A stretch of 64,000 nucleotides of DNA from contig CAVYGE010000006.1 of the NCBI GenBank assembly GCA_963767985.1, forward strand, positions 128,169 through 192,168. Reading direction: 5' to 3'. The notes beneath the pieces were generated by a model that worked only from the letters and a program-made list of their open reading frames with translations, was not told the DNA's origin and ran no database searches. Within the stretch, counting starts at the first letter, position 1. The number at the start of each line of letters is the position of its first letter. Source of the DNA: an uncultured Chloroflexia bacterium (GTDB lineage Bacteria; Chloroflexota; Limnocylindria; QHBO01). Shown one piece after another: positions 60,673-64,000 of this stretch. A program made the position numbers and the translations under genes.

Positions 60673-61557
60673 TCACGGGTGCCGGCGCGCGGCGAGCCAC
60701 GCGAGCGGGAGCTCCGCGGCCAGCATGGCGATCGCGACGACCAGGAGGACGGGCTGGCTGGTTGCGAGCCCGAGCACGATCAGCGCACCGAGAAAGAAGC
60801 CGTGGATGGCGAGACGGGTCGCGAACGCCAGGCGCAGGTCGAGGATCGCCGAGCTCGACCCATCGGGCCTTCCGCGATCCGGCCCGAAGATGGCCCAGGC
60901 AGCAAGCCCGACGAACGCGGACAGCGTGAGCCAGAACAGGAGGAGGCCACCGCCGGGATCCGGGTCCACCAGCGGCTTGACGATGGTGAACGGGACGAGG
61001 CTGACGAGGAGAATCACGAAGGCAGGCACCGGGACGAGGAGCTGCAGCCAGTCCATGCTGGGCCGGCGTGGGGAGCGGCTGCGAATCCAGCGCGTCAGGA
61101 CGCTGAAGGCGAGGGTCACGAACAACCACGCGTAGAAGTTGCCGGCCGGCACGCCGAACCAGCCGTCGGCCGGGCCGACGTCGCGCCAGGTCCAGAGCCC
61201 CATCCGGATCGCGACCGCGTCGAACGCGAGGTCGAGCATGATCGCCAGGACGCTGTCGACGACAGGGGCGTACCGGCGGCGCACGCCGAGGGCATCGGTG
61301 ATGCGCATGGCGCCGGCGATGATCAGCGCCCAGGTCAGCCCGATGACGATCGGTGCGCGGTCGATGGCGAGGACCCAGCTGTCCGAGTACTGGTAGGTCT
61401 CGAAGATCAGCTGGTCACCCTCCTCGAGAAGCAGGCCGAAGAGCGCGGCGCTGATGAGCTCGAGAAACGGCAGTCGCCCACGTCGCAGTGCCAGGGCGGC
61501 CGCGACGACGAAGAACGCGGCAGCGGCGACCTCGAGCAGGAGGTACAGGGGATCCAT
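60673..61557 (-). CDS. polytopic membrane protein, carotenoid-biosynthesis-protein (DUF422)-like
   Basis: ORF trimmed to ATG 61557 (MDPLYLLLEVAAAAFFVVAA). Seven to eight helices. The family call is from overall resemblance only. Confidence 0.4.
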   Translation of the reverse strand: MDPLYLLLEVAAAAFFVVAAALALRRGRLPFLELISAALFGLLLEEGDQLIFETYQYSDSWVLAIDRAPIVIGLTWALIIAGAMRITDALGVRRRYAPVVDSVLAIMLDLAFDAVAIRMGLWTWRDVGPADGWFGVPAGNFYAWLFVTLAFSVLTRWIRSRSPRRPSMDWLQLLVPVPAFVILLVSLVPFTIVKPLVDPDPGGGLLLFWLTLSAFVGLAAWAIFGPDRGRPDGSSSAILDLRLAFATRLAIHGFFLGALIVLGLATSQPVLLVVAIAMLAAELPLAWLAARRHP

Positions 61558-61624
61558 CGATCGATGATACGGAGCGGATGCCCGATCGAATCTCCCGTCG
61601 CACGGGTCGCACGCCATCCGATCG

Positions 61625-61630
61625 TAGAAT
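61625..61630 (+). promoter_or_regulatory. candidate -10 box TAGAAT, 7 nt upstream of ATG 61638 (leaderless-type arrangement)
   Basis: TAGAAT fits TANNNT and its spacing to the start codon equals the -10-to-TSS distance. Confidence 0.3.
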
Positions 61631-61637
61631 GCGGTCC

Positions 61638-62021
61638 ATGCGCCCAAGCCAGCCGACGAGCGAGCCCACGCCCTCCGTGCGCTATGCGCGCGTCGTTACC
61701 GCTGACGAGCTGCGTGACGGAGAGCTGCTGCCGGTGGAGATCGACGGCACGCCGCTCGTTCTCGTGCGCCACGCGGGTGAGTTCTTCGCGGTGCAGAACA
61801 ACTGCAGCCATCGGGACTTCCCGCTGTCGGAAGCCGGATTCGATCCTCGCGACGGCGTCCTCGTCTGCGCCTGGCACGGTGGGTGCTTCGACGTGCGATC
61901 GGGTCGCGCCGTCGTGCCTCCGGCGACCGAGCCGGTCGAGACGTTTCCGGTTCGCGTCCGCGCCGGCTGGGTCGAGATCGGACTGATCGGTAGCCTTGCG
62001 CCCGAGCGTGGGGCAGCCTGA
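61638..62021 (+). CDS. Rieske [2Fe-2S] ferredoxin-type protein
   Basis: ORF trimmed to ATG 61638. Cluster ligand motifs CSHRDFPL and CAWHGGCF. Confidence 0.7.
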   Translation: MRPSQPTSEPTPSVRYARVVTADELRDGELLPVEIDGTPLVLVRHAGEFFAVQNNCSHRDFPLSEAGFDPRDGVLVCAWHGGCFDVRSGRAVVPPATEPVETFPVRVRAGWVEIGLIGSLAPERGAA

Positions 62022-62023
62022 GG

Positions 62024-62803
62024 ATGCGAATCGAGGCGCTGCCATTCGTCAACTGGATCTTCTGGGCCGGCCTGGCCTCCGGGACCATGATCGTGGTGGG
62101 TCTGACGGAGCTGCTCGGGGGCACGACGCGAGGCTATCGGCTGTTCATGGCCTGGCTGCTCGGCGTGTTCGCCGTGGTCCTCGTGCTGAGCGAGATGGCA
62201 CTCCCGTCCGATGCCATCGCGGCCGCGACGTCCGGCCTGCGCCGCCCGCTGGCGCTTGCCGTGGCGACCGGATGCGGCGCCTACGTGGTGGCCTCGATCG
62301 CGGGCTGGCCACGTGCCGGGCTGGCCGTCGTCACCGGCGCCATCGGCCTGGCCGCGCTCGTCGTCCTCGCGGCGGCCGGAGGCAGCCTCAGCACGCCGAT
62401 CTTCGCCGCCCAGCTCGTGCTGAGCGCGCTGGCCCTCGGGGCCGCCACGGCGGCGATGCTGCTGGGCCATTGGTATCTCGTCACGCCCCAGCTGGCGCCG
62501 ACGCCCCTGCGGCGGATGATGTGGCTTCTCGGGCTCGTTCTGGCGGTCCAGGGGCTCCTGTTCGGGGTTGCCCTGCTCGTCATCGGCGCCGAGCCGTTGG
62601 TCGGGGGCATGGCGTGGCTGGCGTGGCTGCGACTCGGCGTCGGCATCCTGCTGCCGATCGTCATCACCGTGCTGGCGATGCTTGCCTCGCGCGCGGCGTC
62701 GCTCCAGGCGTCGACCGGGCTGCTCTACATCGGCCTGGCGCTGATCATGGCCGGCTCCATCGCCGGCTCGAGCATCACCTACCTCTCCGGCGTCCCGGTC
62801 TAG
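62024..62803 (+). CDS. polytopic membrane protein
   Basis: 259 aa, about 8 helices, starting 3 nt after the Rieske stop. No family recognised. Confidence 0.4.
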   Translation: MRIEALPFVNWIFWAGLASGTMIVVGLTELLGGTTRGYRLFMAWLLGVFAVVLVLSEMALPSDAIAAATSGLRRPLALAVATGCGAYVVASIAGWPRAGLAVVTGAIGLAALVVLAAAGGSLSTPIFAAQLVLSALALGAATAAMLLGHWYLVTPQLAPTPLRRMMWLLGLVLAVQGLLFGVALLVIGAEPLVGGMAWLAWLRLGVGILLPIVITVLAMLASRAASLQASTGLLYIGLALIMAGSIAGSSITYLSGVPV

Positions 62804-62807
62804 GCCG

Positions 62808-63462
62808 ATGCGGATCGAGGTGCGATGCTTCGCAACGCTGCGCGAGGCCGCGGCGGCCCGGTGCGAGCTCACGCTGCCGGCCGGCGCCGCGATCTCCGAT
62901 GCCTGGGATAGCCTCGCCACGCGCCATCCCGGCCTCGTCCCGCACCGCGCATACGTGCGCGCCGCGCGGAACGGCGTATACGCACCATGGGACACCGAGC
63001 TGGCCGATGACGACGTGATTGCCTTCCTGCCCCCGGTGAGCGGGGGAGCCACGACGGCGCTGGTCGACGGGCCGATCGACGCTGGCCGCGCTCGAGCGCA
63101 GCGTGACCGATGCCGGCCACGGTGCCGTCGTCAGCTTCGTTGGCCGCGCCCGAAATCGCGCCGACGACCTGCGCGAAGTCGTCGAGCTCGAATACGAGGT
63201 CTATCCCGAGATGGCCGGCACGGTCCTGGCCGAGATCGCCGTTGAGGCGGAGGAGCGCTGGAGCTGCGCCGTCGCCGTCGTGCATCGCCACGGCGTCGTC
63301 CCCATCGGCGAGGCGGCCGTGGCCATCGTCAGCGCTGCGCCACACCGCGCCGAGGCCTACGAGGCGAACCGCTTCGTCATCGAGGCCATCAAGCAGCGCC
63401 TGCCGATCTGGAAGCGCGAGCGATTCGCGGACGGCAGCGAATGGAAGCGTCCGGGCGCATGA
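62808..63462 (+). pseudogene. MoaD-MoaE fusion (molybdopterin synthase small and large subunit in one ORF), apparent frameshift near 63080
   Basis: The MoaD part is MRIEVRCFATLRE...DDDVIAFLPPVSGG. It continues without a stop into ATTALVDGPID. The next frame reads LAALERSVTDAGHGAVVSFVGRAR...VHRHGVVPIGEAAVAIVSAAPHRAEAYEANRFVIEAIKQRLPIWKRE (MoaE). Confidence 0.7.
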
Positions 63463-64000
63463 CCCGTCGCGTCCTGATCGGCCTGGGGGTCGTCGTCGGC
63501 GCCTTCGCCGCGCTCATCGCCGCGGAGCTGTATCTCCTGTCGCGGCGCGACTATCTGCCGACAGATCCGGGCTATCGGGTCGACGCGCGGAGCGAGCCGA
63601 TGGCTCCCGTCGACGGCGAGCTCGGTGCGGATCGCCGTGCTCGGCGACTCGACCGTGGCCGGCGTCGGCGCACCGACCGAGGCCGAGTCGCTGCCGGTCC
63701 TCATCGCCCAGCTGCTCGCCGACCGGATGGGCGTGCCGGTCGACGTCGTCGGGTTCGGAGTGAGCGGCGCGCGCAGCGCGGACGTCGCCGATCAGCTGGC
63801 ACGCGTCGGCTCCGGCTTCGACGGCGTCGTCGTCGTGATCGGCTCGAACGACGCGACGCATGCCACGCCATGGCCCGACGTCCGCCGGCAGACCGAGCTG
63901 GCACTCCGGCAGGCAGCCGATCGCGACGTCGCGGTGGTCCTGGCCGGAACGCCGCGCTTCAGCGGCACGCAGATCATCCCGGAACCGCTGCGCACGGCCG
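63459..64000 (+). pseudogene. SGNH/GDSL hydrolase, 3' end cut by the window; apparent frameshift near 63615
   Basis: ATGA overlap with the MoaE stop. N-terminal anchor MTRRVLIGLGVVVGAFAALIAA. The next frame gives RIAVLGDSTVAG (block I), GVSGARS and VVIGSNDA (block III). Confidence 0.55.

Overview
Very GC-rich, gene-dense bacterial chromosome segment; third codon positions are almost always G/C. It has monoderm/high-GC hallmarks: Tat and lipoprotein signals, Pro/Thr-rich linkers, CWB2 wall-binding repeats, and TANNNT -10 boxes close to start codons. I found no rRNA, tRNA, CRISPR array, transposase or integrase.

Layout:
- 0-5.3 kb: miscellaneous genes (Tat-exported PAP2-like protein, proline dehydrogenase, YdjM-like hydrolase).
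- 5.3-11 kb: sulfate activation module (NrnA-like DHH phosphoesterase, SLC13 anion permease, cysC, cysN, cysD).
- 11.3-24 kb: two tightly coupled glycan operons. They carry GT2, gmhA, an hddC-gmhB fusion, an SDR, a cupin epimerase, hddA, a sulfotransferase, a flippase, GT2, GT4, GT2, a SAF oxidoreductase and an RmlC-like epimerase.
- 24-44.3 kb: envelope and glycan-processing genes. These include a sorting-signal surface protein, a GH16-like lipoprotein, two beta-helix proteins, a second type of sulfotransferase, a CPBP protease and a large GT-C-like membrane protein. They also include an aldo-keto reductase, a CWB2x3-lectin protein, NTase/P-loop kinases, an inverted second sulfotransferase-flippase pair, and a 1042-aa DNRLRE/metallophosphoesterase/malectin-like exoprotein.
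- 44.8-52.5 kb: two paralogous CusA/CzcA-type RND pumps with small lipoproteins.
- 52.5-64 kb: housekeeping genes (cysS, a cNMP-binding protein, NUDIX, two KAS II plus fabD, an M20 peptidase, a Rieske protein, a MoaD-MoaE fusion, an SGNH hydrolase).

Main hypothesis: 5.3-44.3 kb is a cell-surface glycan island that makes a sulfated, heptose-containing polymer using its own PAPS supply and recycling loop.

Major caveat: by my reading roughly thirty single-nucleotide frameshifts interrupt otherwise well-conserved genes. They are strongly clustered at 12-19.3, 24.5-26.1 and 32.4-40.6 kb, while about 22 kb (41.2-63 kb) has none. The 1126-aa ORF at 15518..18898 is therefore a frame-fusion artefact of three genes. 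All domain calls come from motif recognition by eye; no database search was run, and frameshift positions are approximate.
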